Shown piece after piece: positions 53,101 through 60,506 of a DNA stretch of 64,000 nt (the stretch's first letter is position 1; each line of letters opens with the position of its first letter). The stretch covers positions 596,377-660,376 of the forward strand of contig NMRA01000188.1 in NCBI GenBank assembly GCA_002633005.1. The letters run 5' to 3'. The DNA comes from Phoronis australis. Taxonomy: Eukaryota > Animalia > Phoronida. The notes under the pieces were generated by a model that worked only from the letters and a program-made list of their open reading frames with translations, was not told the origin of the DNA and made no database searches. The translations under genes were made by a program, and so were the position numbers.

Positions 53101-54937
53101 TTTACAACACGATATCTCAAGAAAGTCGGTAAGTAGGTTAATTACCCAGTGAAAGTGTCTCATTAACCTAGACAAACTTCAACAGTCATAGCAGTGTTAC
53201 TCACAGCAAGTCTCTGGCCTTTCCAGTCAAGTGTGCCAGTTTTAGGTCTCGATGATGTCTTTCTACAGCACAGTACATGTCCTTGAACTCTCGAGCTCCC
53301 ATCAACTGAATAAGACAGACACAGGAAACATAGTATCTTATTTGTTTGTTAAAAGCAATCCATTTTAAATCTCACTTCTTCACACGATCTTACCGTACAG
53401 TTCTAAAGAGTTCTGAAACAGAGCTGTATTGCGTAAATCCAAGACACTCGCAAAGCACTTGTGGAGAAACATGTCCCCTATCCCACAATGCAACATTCCA
53501 ACCAACAGTGGCCGCCATTATGCTAGGGTATGCTAGTAAGCTCTCAAGCGTACTGGCAAAACACTCAGCTTTTTATTGCTTGACTTTGCGTGTTCATGCT
53601 TTATAGTAAGTTTCTTGAATACAAAACACATGCGCCTTATACAGCTATAATGTGAAAAATTACCATCAGTAAAATCACCATAGTTGGCTTCCTTTAAGAT
53701 AGCAAGTTGGTACACGAATTCAGCAAGCATTACCACAAAGTTGGAATGAAGTCAACACATTGGTTGTCATTTAGTTGTATATTCATTGAATATGCAGGGC
53801 ATCAAAACCTGACAAGCAGTCACAGTAGGATTATACAGTCGCTCATCAGAGCTGGGGGCAGGTTTGGGTAAAAGTGGAGTACAGATGCCTCTTGAAAATG
53901 GCTGCCACTCAGCTTTCATTGAGTATTGTCAATGTTCCGTTATTCAGTGAAACCTGCAATGCTTATAACAGCCATTTTGAAGAAGGACCCGTTTACTCAA
54001 CCTTTACCACTGGTTTGATGTCATTATTTGATTTAGAATTATCAATGTCCAGGTTCGACTTACACTTCAATGTATACACATGAGCATCGTGGATTTGGAC
54101 ATGACTACAGGCCATCATTTGTAGACATATTTCCAACAATCAATGGATGTTAGAGCATTCAGATGAGTTGACACCGAGTTCGATTACGATTAAAATCATC
54201 TTTTTCTAGACATCATATTTCCGACCAAAATACAACCAAATATCGATGTTGCACTGACATCAGGTGGCTGCCCATGGAGTTAGCCTTGATTCAAAGCTAG
54301 AAAGCAGACTTGGGTAGACTGGCTGATGGCAAGAGGATTGACAGATAGATCAAGATGTAATGGATCGTCATCAACATAGTTCAAGTAGGTGAAAACTGAA
54401 ATTTGATATGTGAATGACCAAATGTCATCTCTGCACTGTAGTAATGTTGTGAATGTAAGTTTGTGTTGTCTCATCTTCCGTGATGTCTCGTATGTTTGTG
54501 AGTGTCCGTCAGTCTTTGTTAGTGGCCGGATATGTTATCAATATTAGTGTTGTCACTATGTGGCTGGAGCATCACGGGATTGTCCTGTCTCTCTCTCTCT
54601 TTTCTGGTCCTGCTTATGGCAGAATGTCTACGTACTGCTCTGCGAGTCTACAGTCTGCTATGAGTAAAAGTAAGACTGCATGAACCTATAGTACAATTTA
54701 CTACATTAGGAGCTAACATGATGGTAATTTGAATGCTCAAGGGCAAATTTCCCCAAGGTCAGCCTCAGTGAAGACAGGGCAACTTCACTAGGCGAGAACA
54801 CTTGCTATACATATTGAGTAACAAGCAGATTCAAGTTCTTTAAGCAGTGCAAGTTAACTTACCCAAGATTTTTTCAACGATTTCAAGCCATTCTCAACGA
54901 ACGACAGTTGATCGCTGACTTGCACCGAAACAGGCAT
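15037..54937 (-). CDS. IQCM: IQ motif-containing protein M-like gene, long form (29 coding exons, ~1510 aa)
   Basis: Manual splice model, all introns GT-AG with matching phases: 54863-54937, 53205-53305, 52419-52496, 44113-44311, 42116-42259, 39180-39375, 38122-38259, 36414-36545, 35411-35597, 34458-34551, 33950-34062, 31444-31620, 30518-30665, 29842-29957, 29124-29169, 27459-27613, 26770-26983, 25796-26210, 24495-24833, 23704-23850, 22512-22740, 22226-22327, 21555-21701, 21211-21279, 20538-20658, 19147-19291, 18284-18418, 17869-18024, 15037-15251 (sum 4533 nt). The C-terminal part (IGPHVDMYEIF...IIQRHVRGWLVRR...YESVFEKR...FKECDLYPSQ...STWMHPIVDGE...KLVAESVRQRK) matches my recollection of vertebrate IQCM; no search was run. 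Confidence 0.8.
15490..16912. mobile_element. Non-autonomous TTAA-flanked DNA transposon (Kolobok-like), copy A
   Basis: TTAA|GGATAACTCAAAC ... GTTTGAGATAACC|TTAA termini; interior clearly homologous to 39833-41124. Confidence 0.75.
17515..17860. repeat. Purine-rich (GA) low-complexity tract in the last IQCM intron
   Basis: Almost entirely A/G on the + strand; produces spurious F/S-rich and K/E-rich ORFs. Confidence 0.85.
17869..18024 (-). CDS. IQCM: IQCM-like exon 28 (QKRKTVKGYTKKEMLEVTFQLFVPEGTG...STWMHPIVDGEDAMQMH)
   Basis: TGCAG acceptor, GTAAT donor; the STWxxPIVxGE motif is typical of IQCM as I recall it. Confidence 0.88.
18284..18418 (-). CDS. IQCM: IQCM-like exon 27 (YESVFEKRSFGGELELDEFPLYFKECDLYPSQAEIDHAVDIVFK; EF-hand-like)
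   Basis: CCTAG acceptor, GTAGG donor; ORF 18249-18440. Confidence 0.88.
18542..19079. mobile_element. Palindromic (foldback) MITE with TTAA flanks
   Basis: ~260-bp arms in inverted orientation around ~18803 (GAAGGCAACC...TTATCCCAGACATATTTTTCACTTA vs TAAGTGAAAAATATGTCTGGGATAA...GGTTGCCTTC). Confidence 0.85.
19147..19291 (-). CDS. IQCM: IQCM-like exon 26 (ARVHASSWDKFVTDYKDLLARIQRRHGV...MDLKR)
   Basis: CCTAG acceptor, GTGAG donor, phase 0/1. Confidence 0.88.
20123..20482. mobile_element. tRNA-derived SINE with an inverted partial copy (foldback)
   Basis: tRNA-like head 20318-20391 (A-box TGGCACAGGGGGGTAGAGCG, B-box GGTTTGAGTCCC). 20123-20250 is a diverged reverse complement of 20358-20482 (AAGTCTGAAAAGATTTCTGCCCC vs GGGGCAGAAATCTTTTCAGACTT). 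Confidence 0.65.
20538..20658 (-). CDS. IQCM: IQCM-like exon 25 (IQ3: AAVIIQRHVRGWLVRRMF)
   Basis: Canonical IQ motif; TTCCAG acceptor, GTGAG donor. Confidence 0.9.
21211..21279 (-). CDS. IQCM: IQCM-like exon 24 (SALNHNQAASKLAIIGPHVDMY)
   Basis: TTCCAG acceptor, GTAAG donor; the IGPH motif is recalled from IQCM. Confidence 0.85.
   Translation of the reverse strand, partial: ECFKSQPGCFQVGYYWATCRYV
21555..21701 (-). CDS. IQCM: IQCM-like exon 23 (IYRGHLSRKKDIY...EARTQ)
   Basis: Completes IQ2; TTGTAG acceptor, GTATT donor. Confidence 0.88.
22226..22327 (-). CDS. IQCM: IQCM-like exon 22 (IFRGYAARNVYKK...AAIEIQR; IQ1/IQ2)
   Basis: Splicing reconstitutes an IQxxxRGxxxR motif at both ends; phase 2/2. 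Confidence 0.9.
22512..22740 (-). CDS. IQCM: IQCM-like exon 21 (ends in first half of IQ motif 1, AAVDIQR)
   Basis: CTGTAG acceptor, GTGAG donor, phase 1/2. Confidence 0.85.
23704..23850 (-). CDS. IQCM: IQCM-like exon 20 (SELRSVDRGLPVSVSHHEVDELAQ...QQNT)
   Basis: TTTTAG acceptor, GTATG donor, phase 1/1. Confidence 0.78.
24495..24833 (-). CDS. IQCM: IQCM-like exon 19 (RSKYTIRGEHWSHAIKRPENYCKTC...FMEN)
   Basis: TTCCAG acceptor, GTTTG donor, phase 1/1; ORF 24478-24876. Confidence 0.78.
25796..26210 (-). CDS. IQCM: IQCM-like exon 18 (acidic; IDSRDGDFSEFGG...TSLK)
   Basis: CTACAG acceptor, GTAAG donor, 415 nt open, phase 0/1. Confidence 0.78.
26770..26983 (-). CDS. IQCM: IQCM-like exon 17 (LPPDVELSTLISSPPP...FQND)
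   Basis: TTCCAG acceptor, GTAAA donor, phase 2/0; ORF 26725-27015. Confidence 0.75.
27025..27288. repeat. ~260-bp interspersed repeat (MITE-like), copy A
   Basis: Homologous to 34773-35038 (shared CTGTCCCAGTTGGACTGT and TTAACAAAGAGTTTATGGT); TGGGCT...AGCCCA-type termini. Confidence 0.65.
27459..27613 (-). CDS. IQCM: IQCM-like exon 16 (SLARGSSASFSQRG...LQETF)
   Basis: TTACAG acceptor, GTAGG donor, phase 0/2; ORF 27455-27658. Confidence 0.72.
29124..29169 (-). CDS. IQCM: IQCM-like exon 15 (VGYSAADQEESLYKL); duplicate copy at 27942-27987
   Basis: TTTCAG acceptor, GTAAG donor, phase 2/0. Confidence 0.6.
29842..29957 (-). CDS. IQCM: IQCM-like exon 14 (LSDSNKKVTQAASHMTTEVEPR...); duplicate copy at 28657-28772
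   Basis: TTACAG acceptor. The donor is uncertain (GG|GTTTGT here, GG|GTTAGT in the duplicate). Phase 0/2 is needed to join the next exon. Two of the differences between the copies are synonymous (GTA/GTT, GCC/GCT). Confidence 0.5.
30518..30665 (-). CDS. IQCM: IQCM-like exon 13 (RWSPTRFGGHTYVKKLKQIQ...RPKTAA...QTKK)
   Basis: TGCAG acceptor, GTGAG donor, phase 2/0; ORF 30437-30700. Confidence 0.75.
31444..31620 (-). CDS. IQCM: IQCM-like exon 12 (HTPRHSLESGPVLNLRPPEH...STHN)
   Basis: TTTTCAG acceptor, GTATG donor, phase 2/2; ORF 31407-31637. Confidence 0.75.
32038..33444. repeat. Perfect 32-bp tandem array, ~44 copies (AGCAATAAATCTATATGTGACATACTCCCAAT), ending at N 33445
   Basis: Directly visible; identical units with no spacers; lies in the IQCM intron between exons 11 and 12. 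Confidence 0.97.
33446..33836 (+). mobile_element. HINE/DINE-1-like (Helentron-associated) non-autonomous element, 5' end truncated by the gap
   Basis: Two diverged ~145-bp tandem core units (each contains CCACTAG..GGC and CCAAATTTCATGAA), then a (GGAC)n microsatellite at ~33724-33786, then a 3' hairpin ATGCGTCCACATA-TAAA-TATGTGGGCGCAT (33799-33828). Confidence 0.65.
33950..34062 (-). CDS. IQCM: IQCM-like exon 11 (MGSRPLPGYKYASASVPSISRPQTAP...TP)
   Basis: TGTAG acceptor, GTGAG donor, phase 0/2. Confidence 0.75.
34458..34551 (-). CDS. IQCM: IQCM-like exon 10 (TESPAQKTVKLNTVLNMVDDVSNTMVSRKEK)
   Basis: CATAG acceptor, GTGAG donor, phase 2/0. Confidence 0.75.
34773..35038. repeat. ~260-bp interspersed repeat (MITE-like), copy B
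   Basis: Homologous to 27025-27288. Confidence 0.65.
35411..35597 (-). CDS. IQCM: IQCM-like exon 9 (ERSISEHDRRSRSLIIAQSLERFY...FAMD)
   Basis: TTACAG acceptor (an in-frame alternative lies 6 nt upstream), GTATG donor, phase 1/2; ORF 35401-35625. Confidence 0.72.
36414..36545 (-). CDS. IQCM: IQCM-like exon 8 (SLQLCGRSGTPYDVRYSAHESGE...SSIS)
   Basis: CCAG acceptor, GTAAG donor, phase 1/1. Confidence 0.72.
38122..38259 (-). CDS. IQCM: IQCM-like exon 7 (IFDLGANPISPTSKRRPKTAL...QQGVL)
   Basis: TTAG acceptor, GTAGG donor, phase 1/1; overlaps ORF 38081-38272. Confidence 0.72.
39180..39375 (-). CDS. IQCM: IQCM-like exon 6 (RAVVKSEDEPSFPENAIHPL...IQIDVP)
   Basis: TTTTAG acceptor, GTGAA donor, phase 0/1. 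Confidence 0.72.
39833..41124. mobile_element. Non-autonomous TTAA-flanked DNA transposon (Kolobok-like), copy B
   Basis: TTAA|GGATATCTCAAACCTTATT ... AATAAGGTGTGAGACAACC|TTAA; shares long blocks with copy A (e.g. GTGATAATTAAGTTAATT, CAAATTCAGTTGACATT). Confidence 0.75.
42116..42259 (-). CDS. IQCM: IQCM-like exon 5 (ATASDEASLPPQYKEPRPSTAP...DFKNE)
   Basis: Polypyrimidine tract with CAG acceptor, GTACG donor, 48 open codons. Confidence 0.75.
44113..44311 (-). CDS. IQCM: IQCM-like exon 4 (RLKMISFLQHFGKK...RPTSVAAQ)
   Basis: TTACAG acceptor, GTTAG donor, phase 2/0; overlaps ORF 44101-44307. Confidence 0.75.
47940..49450 (-). mobile_element. 5'-truncated, degenerate non-LTR retrotransposon (Tx1/L1-type ORF2 C-terminus with zf-RVT)
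   Basis: ORF 48116-48715 contains LHNRVYTN...CPYCNLVQNTEHMFFLC (CCHC zf-RVT). Upstream frames give GG..KVPDI, WKFYPQYILKNYGG and LYYKEFAKNGLCFINDF, with stops and frameshifts. Confidence 0.85.
48956..49124 (+). mobile_element. Penelope-like inverted pseudo-LTR insertion with hammerhead-ribozyme core
   Basis: Flanked by the 12-bp direct repeat TCATTAAGTGTT (48944-48955, 49125-49136), with the LINE frame resuming beyond it. Inverted arms 48956-49010 / 49021-49076. CTGATGA(49017)-T-GTCT-loop-AGAC-GAAA(49040)-CGTT. Confidence 0.6.
49530..49855 (-). pseudogene. THAP zinc-finger remnant (transposon-derived), frameshifted
   Basis: M-x-x-CIVPTC...FFRFP...W...VCGRHF gives the C2CH THAP signature; the terminal motif (LSMKSDVAPSVF, equivalent to AVPTIF) lies in another frame (ORF 49444-49671). 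Confidence 0.8.
50302..50548 (+). pseudogene. Degenerate HIRAN-like domain ORF, probably transposon cargo
   Basis: Manual translation across frameshifts: SIRGFYVYKS..PVEGEELYGK..NP*GKYSASVLKDLAIMGHVPHKISRTFAFFLK..GLEIPRTMIF. This follows the RGxHVYK / GEEL / NPxD / VGHVPxxIS / GLEIP pattern of stand-alone HIRAN-like ORFs. Confidence 0.6.
52419..52496 (-). CDS. IQCM: IQCM-like exon 3 (EQACKDTRFYNILIKMMVEVHTSPE)
   Basis: TTGCAG acceptor, GTGAG donor, phase 2/2. Confidence 0.75.
53205..53305 (-). CDS. IQCM: IQCM-like exon 2 (LMGAREFKDMYCAVERHHRDLKLAHLTGKARDL)
   Basis: TTCAG acceptor, GTGAG donor, open frame, phase 0/2. Confidence 0.75.
54863..54937 (-). CDS. IQCM: IQCM-like exon 1 (MPVSVQVSDQLSFVENGLKSLKKSW)
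   Basis: AAAATGC start context and GTAAG donor; phase 0 matches the next exon; lies next to CpG-rich upstream sequence. Confidence 0.7.
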
Positions 54938-57900
54938 TTTTGCGGCTGTTATATGGGCAGAGAGGAGCAGGCGTGTATCTTAACAACAAGGCGATGGACA
55001 AGTGGCAACTGGAATTCCATCCTAGCCATCTTCAGTGATTAGCTTTTGCGTAAACATGACTGAATATTGATGACTTAGTTGTTATTGACTTTACCGTAAT
55101 TACGCAGCTGGATCAGATGGGGGCGCTGTGATTGCGGAGACAAAACTTTGAAAAGTTCTACATCGCTACCGAAATCAGTACACTAGCATAAAATCGTTCA
55201 TCCGGTTAACTCCGTCGCCACTGGAGTCAAAATACTTATAGAAACAACGGAACTATGATCAATTTTCTACTTTGTAAATCCTTGGTGCACTTTTCCTCAA
55301 GACACGGGACTTATGTTGCCCCCAAACATTCCGGTCACGTGGTATATGGGAGATAATTTCTTAGTTTAATCAAACGGCAGGAGGTGTCACCACAGAACAG
55401 GCGTATGCTTGCACATGACAAGTATGTTGATCCTCATGTGAGGGCTGGGGGTAACTTCATTTTTATCCTAAATACGAACATTTCGGCTCTACAACTACGA
55501 ATACATTTTTTTCGTTTTGATTAATATAAAAAACACGCATAATCCGAATTTGGGCATGAGGAACCCCGCAGGGGTCAACTGAGAAGCCCCAAGAGCGGCT
55601 TCGGCTTTCGGCTAGAAATTTGGCCCGGTCTCAGTCTAATTTAAGCACAGAAAATTCCGTCAAAACTTATTCCCATTCAACATCATATGATCACTTAGGC
55701 TTATTCTGCTGTCATGGGACGTGCGTCTCTGATGGAGAACATGATCGCCATATCTGCGACTAAGTAGGTGACTTCTCGATTGACCGATACAGCGGAACGG
55801 GGTTCACTTTTGTCTGGACTCAGTCTACAAAACGGTACATGAATTTTGCAGCAGAAATCTACGAGAAGCCGACTTGTGGTGTTAAAAACAAAAAGATTGC
55901 ACACGTATTCAATAACAATTTTTCATGAGTAAACAGTCTTCTAGTATGGGTCTCTTTTAATCGCGTTCTTTTTGTCACACGGTGTGAGGGGTGGAGTGGT
56001 TAGCTGATTCTCTGAAAGGGGGGGCAGTTCTAGTTCTATTTCTCAGCATATTTCTCCGGTAATTAAATTCATCGGAAGCTCGGAAAAATAATAAGAAAAG
56101 CGCAAATGCATGCAACATTAAGTTGTTACAACGATGTTTTGCGTGGTTTTGCGTTTTTGCTAGTTTTTTGCTTACGGAGGCATCAGTAGGGAGTGCTTAT
56201 CTGAGTAAAGTCGCCTTCTCTAACCGTGACGTGTCTCCTCAGAGTCCCTGAGTACGAGAGATTGTGTATTCAGTGCCTATTATAACCCAGTACGTCCCAC
56301 CATTCAGTAGTTTCGTATAAGTAAGTACTACGTTATTGTGCTGATAAATGCAATCATTGGTAAACTTTAAAGGAAACTTCTTATTGAAGATAGAAAGAAA
56401 TGGCCCGTGGTCGGAAACAAATCTAGTCATTTGTTTTCCTTGCACATTGAAGCGGGAGGGACAGACAGCCTCCTGACATGGTGAAAAAACGACTGCATCC
56501 CGTTTATAGACCTTTAAGCACTAACTGCAGCGAATCTATGAATTTTGGGACGGGGTGTTTACTGGATCATTTTCGACTCACCCCTTGTTTGAACAAAAAC
56601 GAAAAATACGTCGACGACTGCCACTATCGCAAACTTTTGCAAATTGTGGTGGCTCCATCTGGCGGCGGCGTAGACCCAACATTTCATTTTTCAATTTAGT
56701 GACCAATTTCAATAGTCCGTAATAAATTGTCCTTGGAAGAACTACATAAAATTTCGTAATCCCGTCCAAACCCTGCCCACGTTCTCTTACCCAACAACAA
56801 TCTGGACAAAGAGACCCACTGGTCAGCCAGTCTATGTACATGTAGGCCAATACACAGCGTGTGGCCAGTTCAGTAATGTTCTTCAAAGGAGTTCTTATCT
56901 AGTCGTTACATTGTAAGTCAGTGTTGTGTGAAAGAATGATAATCGATTTATTAATTGATAACATACGTGAATTGGCTACAAATAGGATACTGTGCCCGTC
57001 CGGTCAGTCATGTGTGGTCAGTTAGGGATGGTACATATAAATGAAGTTGTTAAAGGACTTTAAGAGTGTCTGGTGTGTACAATTGACCGAGGGTTCTTGG
57101 TACCAATAAGTACAGTTAGATAAATCCAAAAACAATACCATGCTTTTCATACATCATAACAACTTTGGGGAACTCTACAAACAGAATTGACAAACTGGCT
57201 GAGAAAGAAGGCCCGCGGCCACATGTTAAGGGGAGATGTGTGAATGTAATTCTCAGCAGTTTTATCACGTTATTTCATCAAACCCCCAACCACTTTGATC
57301 AAGTAAAGTCCCACTCTGCAGGCGGGTCGGAACGATCGGTAAACGTAGACGCTCAAATAGGCAAACATATTTGGGCGCACCAGTCGACTTAATGTCATGC
57401 TACATGCACCAACTAACTCTTTCGTCCTCTTACAAACTTCATAACTTCCTCTACCCGGCTGTCAGTAACACTTTTCACCCGTGAACCTCCCCCACCCCCC
57501 GTTGCCAGTCAGATTTTCACCGACTCATAAAACATAAATATTGCCGTGAGCACCTTTTCCGGACCCTCGGCTTTCTGCAGCGCAGCATTTTTTTATTTTT
57601 GTATTTCCAGTTCAATTTGTTCAGTTTTCAACAAGTAAATTGCTCATTTTGGTCATAACGATAAAATCAAACTAGGACAAATGTGTATGCAGACCCTGAA
57701 AGGATACATTGTATCTCATCCTACAACTATTCACCAATAGCAATGCCTCATTTATGGAGGTGAATATTCGTTTAATTATTCATAAACACCCAGTTGCTCC
57801 AACACTGCGGGGAGATAAGAAGACACGAAACTTCGTGCAGTAAATGGTCGTTCATGTGAGGATTCGGATTTGGTCTCGCCCGACCCCCCGGGCATGAACA

Positions 57901-58207
57901 AAATAACAACGGTGTCATGGCGTTTTTGAGCAGTCACGAACGCCTGTCCTTTGTATAGTATGGTCGGGACTCTTTGACACAACTTGGAAATTGGGTAGTA
58001 GGATTGAATATTTCCACCTGACCATTCCTCCACCGAAATCCGTGGATCCGCCAATGTCGTTATATGATGAGTTTTATTAGACTTTACATGTATGTGTTTA
58101 AATAAATGGGTTAACAACCTCTCAAAGATACGACAGAAAATGTGTGTGGAGTGGTATGAAATATTTCAACACAAGGAATCTGGCACAAGCCAATAAAGTC
58201 AACTATC

Positions 58208-58269
58208 CACAGTTACTATGGTAATAGTGCAACATTTTCACAGTTACTATGGTAATATTGCAACATTTT
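58208..58269. repeat. 31-bp tandem duplication (CACAGTTACTATGGTAATA[G/T]TGCAACATTTT x2)
   Basis: Directly visible; one mismatch. Confidence 0.85.
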
Positions 58270-59619
58270 CGATTCAGTTAATAATTGCAAACAACGGCAA
58301 TTTCGTATTTGATATATTTATATTTTTACTGAAAGTCTAAGTAAGCGACATTCTTTTAGAATAAATAAATATACATACTAAATTATCTAACATTTGTATA
58401 TCGAGATGACAAAAAGTATTGTAAGGAAATTATTTTTATCGAACTACTGATTGACAATTCTGATGAAGTCCTTAGATTTCATCGTAAACTGAAAGATCTG
58501 TCTAAAGCATTATGAAGTCAGAAAAATCACAATCACGGAGATGATATTTTAATATTGACTTGTTGAGACACCACATGAAATAATGAAATACAAATGTGTT
58601 AATTAGTGAATATCATATATGAACGGCGTACATGTATAATCAGTTCAGAAGATACATGTATGTCTAAGAATTACTTGAATCTAATGTAACAGCTTTTTGT
58701 CTATACCTCGTTTTGGGAACGAATTTTGACGTATGTACAAATAATAGCCGGAATTTGTAGAAAATGGGACATGGCGTTTTTCTAAGTCGTCGATTTCATG
58801 AAAGCGTGCCGCCGTTTGTCTCTAATTATGCACCATCGTCGCAGAGCTTTGCTAGTCAAACCTATCAGCCACGCTTATCGTTATTTTAAGTCTAGACATT
58901 TTTGTATTGAAAGGGGTATCCATGGAACGAGTGATGAAAGATCGTATTGACAATTTATTTACAAATTATACAGATACAGAATTGTGGGCTGTTGTAGTGA
59001 GATACGATTCTGGCAAGACTGGGGTTTAGATTTTCCGTTGAAATCCATGTTACATTTAATGAAAACCTTTTAAAAACTACAAAAGGTATTTTGTTTACAC
59101 TGTGCAAATTTATATCAAATTTATAGCATAGAAACGACAAAGGTTACAGACTTGACTTGGTTACTCTTTGAATGGCCGCCAAAACATTTTCAAAAAGGGG
59201 TGTTTAATGTAATTTGCCCACAAAAGAAAGGATTTCCGTGTAAAAAATGAAACCACTTGGACGTTGTATAGGAAAAACATTTCCCTAAAAACAAAGCAAT
59301 AAAATCTTTCAACTTGATTGTCGTAAGAAGTTGCCTTTTTAACTTCTGATTTAGAGGACTCCCCGTGTGAAATAGATCTGTCCAATAGCTGTTCTCAGCA
59401 TCCGTTTCATGAAAGTCAGCTTGTTCGTGAGTAAACACATTGACGGCTCAACATCTGATAAGACTGAGAACTTCGAGGCCATAAAGCTCTACATAAACCA
59501 TGGCTGCATCGTCAAATGTCTTTGCCGGTCTTTGGTAAAATTCACTGAGTACCCATTAAAGAGTTTACGTGATTTTACGACCAAAACAAACATTTCTGAA
59601 TCGTACCACTATATTCGCA

Positions 59620-60013
59620 CGCCGTAGTCTTTGTTCGTTTACGTGGGAGACGTGAAAATGCTCGGAGCGAATACGACGGAACAACCCGCTTCGCCCAAAC
59701 AGATACGACCTAAAAGAAGACCGATCTGAGAATCGTTTGTAAATAAAGTAACCCAATAAAGTTTGGATATTCCAACGGAACTTACATATCTCACGGCAAT
59801 TAGTCATCGGCAATTCTGATTGGATACGTGACAGCTGACGTCATCAAATGGAGTTCTCCCTGCATCAACCCAGGTAAACAATCGCCAAGTTGGCGGTCAG
59901 ATTCATATCTCTTTGTACTCAGGAAGATAAAAGAGGCCGCCTCGTTACGTTTTCGACTAAAATTATCGGCTCCATGCCCGAGTAAGCAGTGGACTTCCAA
60001 ACGTACCGTCGAC
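59620..60013 (+). promoter_or_regulatory. Putative Cdx proximal promoter / 5' UTR
   Basis: CpG-rich, with clustered motifs: reverse CCAAT (ATTGG 59819), TGACAG 59829, perfect CRE TGACGTCA 59836-59843, Fox GTAAACA 59874, TCF-like CTTTGTA 59911 and CTTTGTT 59629, TATA-like GATAAAAG 59926. Motif matches only. Confidence 0.55.
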
Positions 60014-60506
60014 ATGTTGGACTCTGTCAGCGAGCTGATGGTACAAGACCAGGTCGGAATGTTTCCGCCACGGTACTCGACACAGAACAACTACCACATC
60101 AACCCTCATCTCGCCTATAGCCAGCCGGGAGTGCAGTATCAGGACTCCTATGGACCGTTACAGCATAGTATGGGGGGCGATCAGCAGGCCTGGGTCTACC
60201 CCTCAGCCCGTACGCCCACCGGGTACGACGACTGGGGGCCGGCAGCGAACGGTGTCTACCCTGTCGGAATGACCGCTGCCTATCAACAGAATGTTCCGAT
60301 GTACTCGTACCATAAAACTGAGTACAGTCCCCAGGGGTTAATCCTGGACGGCCAGAGTGGTGCCAGTATGTCCCCGCACTCCACGGGCTCCGTATCCACG
60401 CCCCCGTCACAGGCCAGCCCCAACCATACTGCAACTGCAAGAAATCAAACTCGCCAACCTTACGATTGGATGAAGAAACAGTCTTACCAGTCCATGCCTA
60501 ACGCAG
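60014..60506 (+). CDS. Cdx: Caudal/Cdx ParaHox homeobox gene, coding exon 1 (homeodomain outside window)
   Basis: 164 codons of a P/Q/S/Y-rich activation domain ending in RQPYDWMKKQSYQSMPNA-G. This is the Caudal-type hexapeptide (compare Drosophila cad YFDWMKKPAYPAQPQPGKTRT). It is followed by a phase-1 G|GTGAG donor at the position just before the expected KTRTKDKY. An alternative ATG lies at 60038. Confidence 0.88.

Noticed and set aside
58460-58500. CTGATGA...GAAA upstream of Cdx
   Set aside because: No stem II can close between the two motifs.
59828-60013. 62-aa N-terminal extension of Cdx in the ORF track
   Set aside because: It starts at GTG under a bacterial start rule and runs through promoter motifs; the first in-frame ATG is at 60014.
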